Shown: positions 50,330 through 62,399 of the stretch, one piece after another | Layout: every line of letters begins with the position of its first letter | Numbering within the stretch: position 1 is the first letter of the stretch | Source: Ginglymostoma cirratum | Taxonomy: Eukaryota | Reading direction: 5' to 3' | DNA: 64,000 bases | NCBI GenBank assembly: GCA_024137785.1 | Contig: JAHRHZ010000222.1 | Span: forward strand, 40,088,865 to 40,152,864 | Made by a program: the position numbers and the translations under genes | The notes under the pieces: model-generated | Databases searched by the model: none | Told to the model about the DNA's origin: nothing | Seen by the model: only the letters and a program-made list of their open reading frames with translations

Positions 50330-50620
50330 TAAAATGAGCACTCGTATTTTGCTGCTGTCTCTCCTTGCAGTGGGAAGAACACCTTGGTGATAGGTGATAG
50401 GTGAAGATGCAAATAGGGGTGAAGGGGTAGCAAGTGGTGATCCTCCAGTGACAGGAATGTCACAGTGATGATCACTGAAGATCCATTTCCATCTGCTCCA
50501 TTGGGAATGAAGTTCATGTCCTGCAGGATACACCAACCTATAATGATAGCCTAGGATCCCCAATGCACTGGTCCTCAGACATGTTGAGAGAACTGATCCT
50601 CACCATGTTGAGCCTATGTT
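50330..50620 (-). pseudogene. Possible Harbinger transposase N-terminal relic
   Basis: Minus-strand RISSLNMSEDQCIGDPRLS resembles the LDLSTEQCLR motif at about 31430. Confidence 0.45.
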
Positions 50621-51699
50621 GGTGGTTTTTGACTTCTTGCAGCTGGATCTTGGTGTCTACCCCATTTGTCCTCAGGAGGGGCATTCAGCTGAGGAGAAAG
50701 TAACAGAGACAGAGCGTTTGGCAGTGGAAAGCCGTCTGACTTGACCCTCAGTCGAGGGGAAAGGTGAGGCTGTATCCACTACTCCTGTGCTTCTGTGAAG
50801 ACTGGCAGCAGCAAAGTAGCTGAGGTAGCTAAAGTTTTAGATGGCTGAAGTACCTTCTGAGCAATCATCTGTCAAGCAGCAATAGCACTCCCTGGAAGAA
50901 GGGATATCTTGAACAGCAGTCTCTCACATGGACATAGCTGGAGTTCTTCAGTGTAAATGATCAAAGTTTTCACAGCTTGTCAGTTTCACAGAGAAAATTC
51001 TTCTTGTTATGCACTTGCCTTATCCAAGCTGCAGGTAGGACACACAAGAATGTTCTTAATTACCTTCTGAAATACTTCATTTGGCTTCTGGCCTCAGCAG
51101 TGGGGGTTTCTGATTTCAGTAACAGCACGATCCTGGGACGATGGAAAGACATGAAATGTGTTGAGATTCTGTTCCCGGTGAATTTTCCTTTGTCCTGGAA
51201 TCTTCTACCACAAACAGCGCCCCCTTATTCCCAGCCAGGGAACATTCCATGCTATAACACTAAACTAGACCAATACTATAATAATAAAACCAGGTAAACA
51301 TGAGGCACAGTATATTACTGCAATATTAATTCAGAATTTTCTTTCAAAAGCACAAGTTTACTCCTAAATAAAATCATACACCCTCATTCATACATACATC
51401 CACTTGACACTGAGAAGAAATAAACCATCATGTTTGGGCCCTGCCATAAACTGGATACTCCTTCCAATGATTCTACCCCCTTTCTCAAGCTATTACAATT
51501 TATTACAAATTTGGTATTCATTTCACCTTAAGCTGTATCCCTTATTATGATTGCGTTTTCCGTACTGGATGTTCTTTCCTGTATAATCACTTGTCTATTC
51601 GCAACGCTTGTTGTACTTCATCAAAGTATTATTTCTCTGGTTGTCCCTGATGATGAATACCAGTTTGAGAGTTGCACACACCTCAAACCTTCCTGTGTA

Positions 51700-52245
51700 T
51701 TGTATGTTCCAGCACATATTTTTGGAAGTGACCTTAGATATAACATTCTTTCATTGTACTTTGGTACTGTTTGTGATTGGGAGACTTTGTTGTTCCAGAG
51801 CATTGTCACTGACTCTCAATATCTACTGTTTGATCTACTTTTTGTTTTGGCTTATCATGTGTGTATAGAGTATTTATACCTTATAAACTGGATTAGTGCG
51901 ATAGGTCTCCTATGATAAAGTTGTTATTCCCCTCTTAAGGATTTATCTGTGAGTTTCCTGGTTTCTGTGTCTAGCACAATTTGAACAATTTTCTCCAAAC
52001 TCAAAACTTCTTGTAATAAATTCTATAAAGACTCATCAATGATTGCAACAAAAATTCTGTCTCTAATGAATTCTGATTTCAAAGGCTCCCCATCAGAGTT
52101 TTCCACAAATCTGTGAAAATCATTAATAAAATTATCTACAAATTCCCCTGGATGTTGTTCTCGTCTGTTAAATCTTGCTCTTTCGAAGATTCTGTTTGTT
52201 GTCAGATTAAAGCAGTTCCAAACATTGTTTGAAATTCTTTGAAAG
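51700..52245 (-). mobile_element. Gypsy family B gag relic (downstream part)
   Basis: ORF 52023-52259 FNLTTNRIFERARFNRREQHPGEFVDNFIND...IRDRIFVAIIDESL. Confidence 0.8.
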
Positions 52246-55063
52246 TGAAATAACTCCACTGAGGCTGGTATCCTGTCACCCTTTATTTACATTTGGAGAG
52301 TCCTCGACAGTGATCCAGCTCCATCAGAGCCAGCTCTCACAGTGAACAGAATATCTGACACTCCTGTTCTTACCTGTCAGTCAGGGCTTCCTGATTAAAC
52401 CAGATTAACAACTGCAAGCAGAGAACTCATATTCTATGAGGTCCACCTGGCTGACCTTGTCACAATCACTACATCCCCCCCGCTCTGAGTCCGTGGAGAT
52501 AGGCTGGTTCTTTTTTTAGCTCCTCCTGCGGTGTTTTTCCATTTGGTCAAGGTCCTCCAATGCTGCCTCAGATATGAGTGGTATGTAATGCACAGCAGCT
52601 TGCCTCTTGCTCCCAGAGCATCTCAGAAGAAATTCATTCTCCTCTTCAGTTGGCAAAGGCATCGAGGCAGTGACACCCATTGGGTCCATCTCAGATTCCA
52701 AGGTACCTTCAATGCTTAATGGAGAGGGAGAACCCATAGGTTCCGGATGCTCCAGCTGGAAAAGCTGTTAAAGAGTCAGTGAGTGTGTTTAGGTCCCGCA
52801 CCATTTGCAGCTTTCATATGCTCCAGGTTCAGGACAGTCACACCTACCCGAACTATATATGTCATTGGATTTGACCTTGCGTTGACCATGTCTCTTACCC
52901 ATGCAGGGCCATTCCCGTGGTTCCTACACCAAACTTCATCCCCTGAAGTAAACTGTCTCTCTCACTTAGTCATGTTCCTGATGCCATTTCACCCTTACCC
53001 CCAAATCTGAGAAGATCAGATTTAACCTGGTGTGGAGTATTCTCCCCATTAGCAACTCTGCTGGAGCTTTCCCTGTATTTGCATGAGGGGTGGTCCTGTC
53101 ATCAAATAGGAACTGGGACAGATTGGTATCCAGTGAAGGTGTAGGCTGTTTCTTTAAGTCCACCTTCAAAGTTTGGTTTGCTCTTTCTGCCATACCTTGA
53201 ATGATGGATGATATGGAGCTGTTCTTATGTGTCGAATGTCATTCAACTTCTGGAAGTATTCAAATTCCCTGCCGGTAAAAGAAGTCTGGTATCTATGACC
53301 GATACTTCCGGGAGTCCGTGTATTGCAAAAAAAATGCACTCAGTTTTTGTACCGTCGTCCCCATATTTCACGAATGAACTTCATGCAATCCAGCCGCTTT
53401 GAATGAACATCCACAATGACTAAGAACATTGAGCCCATGAAAGGACCTACATAGTCAAGGTGTAACCAAGTCCAGGGTTTACATAGCCAATTCCATGATT
53501 GTGGGCGAGCTGCTGGTGGTATTTTTATTATTGTTGGCACTATGGACACTGCCCTACCATTGCGGCTATGTCTGCATCCAATCCTGGCCACCAGACATAA
53601 CTTCTTGCCAACATCTTCATTCTGGAAACTCTTGGATGACCTTGGTGGAGTTCAGCTAGTGACTTTTTGCTCAGGGTAATCACTCTTACTCCCCATAATA
53701 AAATGCAATTCTCTATGGTGATCTTGTCTCTCCAGGTCCAAAAATGTTTCAATTCTGGTTGTCACCACGCTTTGGCTTACCCCATTATCACCAGCTGTTT
53801 CAGTTTTTCCAGGACTGGATCTTTCTGTGTCCAAAGTTTGATATTGTCAGCTGTGACTGGAAGTCTGTCTAAAAAATTTAAAACCATCATAGACTCTTCC
53901 AGTGGTGGTACCACCAGTAGTGTATCTGCCAGCAGGAGGCAGCTCAATGTATCCACATTTGCTACTTGGCCTCTCAGATGACGCTCCAACTTGTAATTAT
54001 ATGCACTTAGTATTATAGCCCTTCACTGAATTTGGCCTGAAGCTATTGCCGGCGCTGCCTTGTCCTCTTTCAGTAGACCTAGCAGGGGGTTGTGGTGTTA
54101 TTATTACAAATTTATGCCTGTAAAGGTATTAGTGGAACATCCTGACTCAAAATATAACCACCGAAACTTCGGTGTCTATCTGTGCGTATTTACACTCTGC
54201 ATTAGCCAAAGTCCTGAATGCATGTGCTATTGGGTGTTCCTACCATTGGGCGAACTATAAGCTAACTATAAGCTACCCTGATGCAGTATGGGGAATCATC
54301 GCATGTCAATATCAGATCTTGCTTGGGATCATAGTGTGCCAACACCTTAGGGGATGAGAACTGTTTCTTCATTTCTCTGAAAGCTATGACTTGGCTACGC
54401 GAACATTTCCAAGGCTAAGAGTTGATGCAAGGGTTCCAGGATGCAGGCCAGGTTATGTATGATTTTTTTTGATATATTAGACCACCCTATGCTCAATCTT
54501 AGCTGCCCAAGACAGATCTATCCAATACTATCTGATCTCAAAATCATTGGCCGCTACTCACCATATGCTTTAGCAGGCGCCAAAAATGTGCAGGGTCAAA
54601 CAGATAGAATTCAAAAGGTCAAAGCCAGCAGTGACTTTGTTGTTTAGGAGATGGAAGTTCACGAATTTAAAAAAGGGAGGTGAAAAATGCAAGTGTTTCA
54701 GTAAAAATTTAAATATTACATAAACTATAAGAATTACAATTTAGTACTTAACATAAGTGCCAGGCGTGGCTCATCATCAGTACCCTTGTTTCTGAGTCAG
54801 AAGATTGCAAGTTCACATCCCACTCTTGTCGCCACTGAAATAGCTCCATACAGTCCAGTATTGCATCACCCCTTATTTACATGTGGACTGTCCTTGGCAC
54901 TGATCCAGCTCCCTCAGAGCCAGGTCTCAGAATGAACAGGATGACTGACACTCCTGTTCTTATCTGTCAGCCAGGGCTCCCTGATTGGACCAGATTAACA
55001 GCCTCAATCAGGGAACTCATATTCTATGATATCTATCTGGCTGAACTTGTCACAATTACTACA
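52246..55063 (-). mobile_element. Gypsy family A LTR retrotransposon, internally deleted (end of RT, RNase H and integrase retained)
   Basis: 228-bp LTRs at 52246-52473 and 54836-55063 (TG...CA; 41 mismatches by hand, ungapped); PPT at about 52474-52487; PBS at 54817-54834; integrase motifs LHQGHP..MKMLARSYVWWPG, LHLDYVGP, AERANQTLK, RTTPH..TGKAPAELLMGR. Confidence 0.92.
54817..54834 (-). promoter_or_regulatory. Primer-binding site complementary to a tRNA-Ser(GCT)-like 3' end
   Basis: Plus strand ATCCCACTCTTGTCGCCA, 1 nt from the LTR; vertebrate tRNA-Ser(GCT) ends ATCCCAYCCTCGTCGCCA as I recall it. Confidence 0.75.
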
Positions 55064-55240
55064 TTAAGTATTTGTACTTCTTTTGTATCTTGATGATAAA
55101 TAATGTCATCGACACTAGGATCTAATGAAAACAATAGTATATTTATTTATACAGCCTGAGATTTAGTATTTAATTTTGAAAAAAAAATCTGTACCTCAAA
55201 AAAAATGTTTTCTCCAAGTTGTCCAATCCTATTTTCTGAT
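55064..55240 (-). mobile_element. Gypsy family B gag relic (upstream part, continuous with 52245)
   Basis: Minus-strand translation with frameshifts: WTTWRKHF.RYR..SKLNTKSQAV.INILLFSL...DDII. Confidence 0.65.
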
Positions 55241-55754
55241 GGGATCATCTCTGACATTCAATCTTGGTGGTAATATTATTTCTCCTGCCATTTATTCCAA
55301 TATCTTTTTATTCTTGTTCCACAAATTCTGTTTTAAATCTGTGGGATCTTAATGTTATTTATTTTACTTACCTGAAACATTTTTTATGATTCTGCAATCA
55401 TTAAATACTGAAAGTGTTAAAGCTTGTAAACTTGCATTCAATGCTGTTTTAATTCTCTCAACTTTAAAGTCTCTTCAAATGTTAAATTTGAGCAATGTTG
55501 CAATTTTCATTTGTCTGCAAGCTTCAAACTCTATTTTGGCAATGTTGTCATACAATGCTCTATTAAAGCTTTAAATTGTTCATTATGGCAAACTGCTGTT
55601 TTACTTTTAATAAGTTTCAAACTTAAAAAAAAATACTGTATTTTTACCTTGCTCACCGGGGATTTTTTGCTGTTTTTCCAATCAAAATTATTGTTACTTT
55701 CCTTCTGCAGTTTTGCTTGCTTTCTGTAGCCAAGATGGAGGCTTCCCATTATTT

Positions 55755-56275
55755 CATAGGTACGTAGGAACAGGAGTAGGCCATTTACGCCCAGAGCCTG
55801 TTCCACCATTCCTTGAGTCCATGGCTGACCCATATGCTTACTTTTGCCCAAATCCCTTAATACCTTTGCTGAGCAAAAATAGATACATCTCAGATTTAGA
55901 ATTAACAACTGATCCTGTGTCCACTGCAATTTTTGGAAGGGAGTTCCAAATATCTACCACCCTTTGCAGAAATGCTTCTTAACATCTCCCTTGAGTGGTT
56001 TGGCCCTAATTCTCAGGCTATGCCCCGAGTTCCAGAATTCCCAACCAGTGAAATAATTTATCTTTATCTACCTTTCTTGTGACTATCTTGAAGCCCTCAA
56101 TCAAATCAACACTTAATCGTCTAAATTCTAGAGAAAACAGGCATAATTTGTGTAATCTGTCCTCACAACTTAACCCCTGATATCCAGTTTCATTCTTGTA
56201 AACCTAAGTTGTTCTTCTTCCTTGGTCAATATATCCTTCCTAAGGTCTGGTGCCTAGATGTGCTCATAGTACTTC
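55755..56275 (-). mobile_element. CR1 3' fragment
   Basis: Antisense tail taggaacaggagtaggccattt and ORF2 end atatccttcctaagg..tggtgcc. Confidence 0.85.
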
Positions 56276-57334
56276 ATGGGCGAAATGGATGTTTTCCACC
56301 ACTCCTATCTAAAACGTGCCTGTTGCACATTGCTGCAGCCTTAATAAATCTTCCTGCTGAAATCATGGCTTGAATTATAAATGTCATGGAGTTAAAAACA
56401 TTCTGACTATCTTGTTCCATTAGATGTTGGCTTCAATAGCTTTTAAATTGCCCCGTCCTTAGTTATCTGAAATATACACTGTGACTTTTTCCAGTACTGT
56501 AGCCTTGATATAATTTAATGTTCTGGCTCTATGATTCCATTGTTCTCTTGCTTTGTTTAATTTAGCCATGCTTTGTAGAGCCTACTTGCAATGGGAGCCA
56601 TGCTTGTTTTGATGGGTCAGTATTCCTTTTTAAACCTGGTCTATTGTGCCATTATTTCAAAATCATTCCTCCATGCTCAGCAGGATATTTAACTTGATCC
56701 ACGGAGCTCTGAATTGCTCCCACAGATCCTTCTTCTCTAGCAATTCTGTAAAGACCCAGTGTCACCAGGTTTTACTCTCTTCTGAGTCCACACAAATTTT
56801 TCTGCACCTTTTACCATCTCTGAAATGAAAGACTTCCTTCTGGAGTGCTGCTTTTGCAATGTTGCCTGTGCTGGACCCTTTGACCAGTTTATGTATTAAA
56901 AACACTTTACCTGAATGTTCTTGTTGTTGAGGCAAAGAGACACAAAATTTGGTTTGCAGTTCAACTCGATTTTATTAATAAAATATTCCTTCTTAAAAAT
57001 ACCGTGTGAGCATTTCCCAAAGTCGCACAATATTTATTCTATATCTAACTGTATCTGTCTGAGAAAGGACATTACCTGCAATGAACTATGTGTTTCAGCT
57101 GGGCGTTGGAAGCTCCTTCCTCTCTGGTGTATGGTTGGCTCTCTTCCATGAAGGTGGATCTCACAGATTAGGGCAGATCTTCTCCTGGATCTTCTTAGGT
57201 TGCTGCATGGTCTTTTGCCATGAGTCTTTCTGTGAGTCTTCACTGATAATGCATCTTCCAGTTATGCATTCTTATCCCCCTCACCCCAGACCTTCCCGAA
57301 TATTCTGTGGCCTTTTTCCAATGGGGTCATGAGC

Positions 57335-57626
57335 TGATTTGATTGATTGATTGATTTATTGTTATGTGCACTGAAATACAGTGAAAAGCTTTGTTTATGA
57401 GCAGTACAGGCAGATAACAGCAAGCAAAGGATGTACAGACCAAAAAGACTTAGAGGCACACAGGTTACATTGCAGGTTGCATTATTTGAGGCTAGAGTCC
57501 ATTCAACAGTCTGATAACAACCAGAAAGAAACTGTTCCTGAACCTGCTTGTGCGCGTGTTCAGGCTTCTGTATCTTCCGCCTGACGGAAGAGGTTGTAGG
57601 AGCACATTACCAGGATGCGATGGGTC
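57335..57626 (-). mobile_element. Rex1/Babar-type LINE 3' end
   Basis: Minus-strand DPSHPGNVLLQPLPSGGRYRSLNTRTSRFRNSFFLVVIRLLN, then AATAAA and an (ATCA)n tail. Confidence 0.8.
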
Positions 57627-57799
57627 ACTCCTGCTCTCACCATTCTCTCACTTTCAGATCTATTCTTCACATTCTGCAGTCTTTCTTGGGCCTGTTCTTT
57701 GTTCCTTTTGTCAGTCTCACTCGCAGTCATCCCACTCACTGACAGGTCATCTGAATGTGAGAAAAATACATGCAGGGGCAGGGACTGGCCCTTAAGTCA

Positions 57800-58420
57800 T
57801 GGTGTGTCTCCTTTGAGTGATATCACAATGGATGTGAATTTAGGAGGTTTGGATTTACAGGAAGATATAGTTTCCTGTAGACAGCATAAAGAAGCCTGCA
57901 GGCGAAAGCAAGAAGGTATGGCTGATGCCATCCTTGTGGATGCAATGCTGGAAGCAGGTCAATGACCTGAATAAGCAGGACAGAGAAGGTCAGCACAGTT
58001 CTGTAATCATCTGCATTCTCACATGAAAATTACTCTAACCCTCTCATTTTGTCTTCTCAAGTAAACACCAGTATATCACTCTTGACTAACCTTGCCTTGC
58101 CATACATCCACCATTCTCTGTTTGTGCAGTTCCTCACATCCACAACTGGCTATCACCTTCATCTTCGTGCAAAGTCATTTCTCTCTTTCATTGTCATTTT
58201 TGAGAAACGTACACCGTCCATCCATTTATTCATCACATTCCATTATTCTTCATCACATGTCCCTTCTTCTCCTTTCAGTAAAGCGAGGATACAGCGATAA
58301 GCAGAGGCAGAAATTAGGATGGAAATCTCCAAAACCTCTCTCAGTCGCAGAGGACACAGAGCTGAAAGTCATGTCTTGGTGGTGCCTGACTGTTGGAGAT
58401 GCAGTGACATTGGTCACTCA
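57800..58420 (+). pseudogene. Harbinger-type Myb/SANT-like DNA-binding gene relic with an apparent intron
   Basis: KKVW...WMQCWKQVNDLNK (about 57910-57990; compare WxQCRKRxNDL); acceptor cttctcctttcag at 58278; then KRGYSDKQRQKLGWKSPKPLSVAED...VGD. Confidence 0.5.
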
Positions 58421-59219
58421 GCTATTTGGAGTCAGAATTAAATTTCAGTGCGCCACACAGTCACACATATTGAGTGAAATATGTTTGAGTGCATAATTAT
58501 CATTTAAAATACTCTAACGCAACAGTCCTAATTCATATTAATAATCTCCTACTGGGCTGTCAAGCATCCTGCATGAGGCAGTCCAGAAAAATAAAGCTCA
58601 TTTCTTTGACAAAAGCACTTACTGTGAGAATGCACCATCACAAAAGCAGACCCCGCACTATTTCAGATAGTCATACTTCAGTGAAGTTGAAGGAAAATAA
58701 TTGGGTTTTCACATTATGACTTACAGGTCACAAGTGAGCAAGAGTAGATGGTGGAGGCAGGATCAGCAGTGGCAAGTCTTTATTGGAAGGTACAAGATGC
58801 TTTGAGCTCTGTTCAGTGAAAAAGACATCAACAAAGAGCATCCCATCAGTCAATGCAGGGATCTGAACAGATTGAGTCTCTCTGCTGAAGTCACAGGAAT
58901 GGTGCCAAGCAGAAGTGCAAGGAAGAATAACAATTTAAAGCTGCACAAGCGTACACATGGGTGTGTTACACAGTGTTAAACAGATGGTTTCTATTTAATT
59001 TTTGAGCCACATAAGTATAATTTCTGTTCACCACTTGCCCGTCGTGTCTGTTTTTGGTTGCTGGGTTGGCAACAGGTCTTTTCATGGACAGATTAACAGA
59101 AAAATGTGAATTGATGCTGAGCAATGAAGGGCTGCCTTCTTTTCGAGGAGTGTGGAGATGTGGGGATGTGATTTACTGATGTAGTTGTTAGCTTCGGGCA
59201 CTAGAGGAACCCATCCATT

Positions 59220-60196
59220 GTGGGCCACAACTGTTCATGTTTTACATTAACAATCTGGATGAAGGAACTGAGGGTATTGTTGTTAATTTTGCAGATGATA
59301 CGAAGATAGGTGGAGGGACAGGTAGTGTTGAGGAAGTGAGGAGGCTGCAGAAGGACTAGGACAGGCTAGGAGAGTGGGCAAAGAAGTGTCAGATGGAATA
59401 CAATGTGGAAAAGTGTAAGATTATGCATTTTATAATAGAAATGTAGACTATTTTGTAAATGTGGAAGCGCTTTGGAAATCTGAAGCAGAAAAGGACTTGG
59501 GACTCCTACTTCAGGATTCTATTAAGCTTAGCATGCTGGTGTTCAGTTGGCAGTTATGAAAGCGAATGCAATGTTAGCATTCATTTTGACAGGTTGAGAA
59601 TACAACAATAGAGATGTACTGTTGAGGTACATATCTCCGGTCAGATTGCATTTGAAATATTGTGAGCAGTTTTGGTCCCTGTATCTAAGGAAAGATGGTG
59701 GAGCCCCAGAAAAGGTTTATCAGAATAATCCTAGAGATGAAGGACTTGTCATATGAGGAGCAGTTGAGGACTCTGTGTCTGTACTTGGTGGAGTTAAGCA
59801 GGACAAAGGGGGAATTTTGTTGAAACTTGCAGAATACTGAGGCTGGATACAGTCGGTGTGTTCAAGATGTTTTCACTGGTAGGAGAGACTAGGACCCAAG
59901 GGCACAGACTCAGAGTGAAGTGATGGCCATTTAGACCTAAGGTGAGGGGGAAATTCTTCAGTCAGAGGATGGTGAAGCTGTGGAACTCATTGCCACAGAA
60001 GGCTATCAAGGCTAAGTCATTGAGTGTACTTAAGACAGAGATAGGTGGGTTCTTGATTAGTAAGGGAATCAGGGGCTACAGGGAGAAAGCAGGAGAATGG
60101 GGTAGAGAAACATATCAGCCATGATCAAACGGCGAAGCAGACTCAATGATCTGAATGATTGAATTCTGCTTCTATTTCTTATGGTCTTTTGGTCTA
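59220..60196 (+). mobile_element. Degenerate CR1 fragment (C-terminal half of RT to tail)
   Basis: GPQLFMFYINNLDEGTEGIVVNFADDTKIGG; ORF 59942-60124 RGKFFSQRMVKLWNSLP; tail ttatggtcttttggtc. Confidence 0.92.
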
Positions 60197-60904
60197 GTGT
60201 CTTACTGAACTTCACAATAATGAGAGTATCACAGGCACCATTGTGCATTGCTATTGGTGCCTTGTCCACATCGCATTCTGCTTTCACATTCTCTTTCTTC
60301 ACTCCTTAGAATTTGTCTGGAGAAACTTATACTTTGTTCCTTCTGTAGGTCTGAACTTTGGCTTTGAGCAATGTTGTAGAGAGATAGTACATCACCCCAA
60401 TTTTGGAGATCCTGCCTAAAATACTAAAGGTCTGTCCGGGCAACTAGCATGCACCATCAGATATAACACATTTGCTTGGTTATTTGCTTTCATTGCATCA
60501 TTCCTAAGCCTTATTGGTTGACTTCCTCATGGGTGTCATCAGCTCTGAGGTGTGAAGAGTTCAGAGATAGTGGCTTATAATGAGGCAGAAAGATCATGGA
60601 AATTTTTCAGTAATTGTGTGTGCATCTGCATAACAATATTTAAGTGCTTATGCACCAGAAACTCATAGATGGAAGCTTTTGCTATTGATAAAAATCCTGC
60701 AAGATCTTGGGGAGCCTTATGGAGTTAATTGTGTCCTGAAACCAATAAGAGCCAGCAGTCCTGAATTCCAGACATTGTGACTAGTGTCCTCACAGGTCAA
60801 ACTGACATAATTGCATTTCCTGGCAACCATGGCATCAGTTACCTCACTGATGCATTATTGGAATAGGCACTTTGAGATCCTTCGATTGATTCCAATAGAG
60901 CTTG

Positions 60905-61770
60905 TGTGATAAAACATGTCTGATTTTTAAATTTTCATACCATATTTACAATCTGGATTTTAAAAGCAAGAAAGTGAGTCTAGGCTACTTCTTTGAAAGA
61001 TTTTCTTTTTTTCAAAATAAAAGGGCAGAAAGTTCCCTTGGAACAGTGGGTGAAATCCAACATTTTGTTAGAGAGGAGGTGACTGCAGTCGTATTAATGG
61101 AAGGTTGTTTACATTTGTTGCATTTATGACAGGTAGAGTAAACATTTGAAGACATTAGCTTTGTTTTGAGTTCAGCTTGGAAAATACCTGTGATGATTTA
61201 AAAGCAATTTTAGTTTCTCTTCTTTAAAGATTTAGAGCAGGTTAGAGAATAAGTCACTTTGGCAAGAGGGTTTAGTTTCTGAGATTTCCAAACCAGGAGA
61301 GTTTGGTTGGAAATCTGCTGATTATTAGAACCGAGAATGTTTTGGCCTTTCAGATTTGTGACAAAAAATGTTTATGTCGGCACATTAGGAAAAGGACTTT
61401 TTGAGGTATCTCCACACCCCAGGAAAAAAAGAACTTGGAAAGTGTCAATTAAATACAAAGCTAGAGAGTTGGGATAGGGTTATAATTTTTCTAGACTTGA
61501 GTCCCTGTTATGGATAATGTCAGGAAGTAGATTGAAACTTAGCTTTGCCCTGTGTTTAAGGTCTTGCTAACTGTCTTCTTTGTTTAGAGAACTTTTTTAT
61601 GTATTTCATCTTTTGCATAATAAACCTTTGATCTGTTAGAGAAAACAGCTCGGTATGAATAAATTTCAGTGACTGACCATCATGTTAACTAACTAAAAGA
61701 AAGATATATCAAGCTAGTTTCATTCTGGAATCTGTTTGAACTAGAGGCACCATCAGCTGGGATCATAGCA
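60905..61770 (+). mobile_element. Probable solo LTR
   Basis: TGTGAT...ATCATAGCA ends, flanks CTTG/CTTC, AATAAA at about 61619. Confidence 0.5.
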
Positions 61771-62164
61771 CTTCGAAGGATCCAGAGGCTAAGAAGATGA
61801 GTGAAACGTGGTCCCCAGGTCCACTTTGACAGCAGATATCTTTCCAGAAGGCTGCAAATGTCTGCCCCTACCTGACATAAAACCCTGACCCTGCTGAAAC
61901 ATTGATATTCTGATTGTTGTGAAAGCTTTTCCTTTGGCAGTAGACTCTTTGTGCCTGGTATGGTTTTCTGAGAGAGTCACCTCTCTTATGATGTCCTCTC
62001 CCCAGTGAAGCTGCAGGCCTTTGAGTGGCAATCTGTTCCTGCTCCTGTGCGTCCTGTTCCTTGTGTTGCTTGTATTCCCCTGCTGGTCATTTTGACTTCC
62101 AAAGTATCAGTACATAAACAACACCCTCGCTGATGTGGTAGCTCAGAGCTCTAATGTGCTTAAA

Positions 62165-62345
62165 AGGTAAAGTCCTGCCTTCTTATTAGACAGTGGTGGT
62201 TTTATCTGAGGGTTACTGTACCTCAGGGAAGGGGAAGAACTTGAGAAGGAGAGTCCTCCGTGCTAACCTCAGCCAGTTTGGGAATTGAACCCTTGCAGTT
62301 GGCATCACTAGCCCACCATCCATTCAACTGAGCTAACTGCTGACA
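62165..62345 (-). mobile_element. tRNA-headed SINE family B
   Basis: Minus-strand head gttagctcagttg...gggttcaattccc (A and B boxes); body shared with 39200-39360. Confidence 0.7.
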
Positions 62346-62399
62346 TGAGATACACTTGAAACTCAGGCGAACCTTGCAGGGTCTATGAATGCTTTCTCG

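Noticed and set aside
55729-55765. Acceptor plus CCAAGATGG start and AG|gtacgt donor
   Set aside because: The donor lies in the tail of an antisense CR1 insertion
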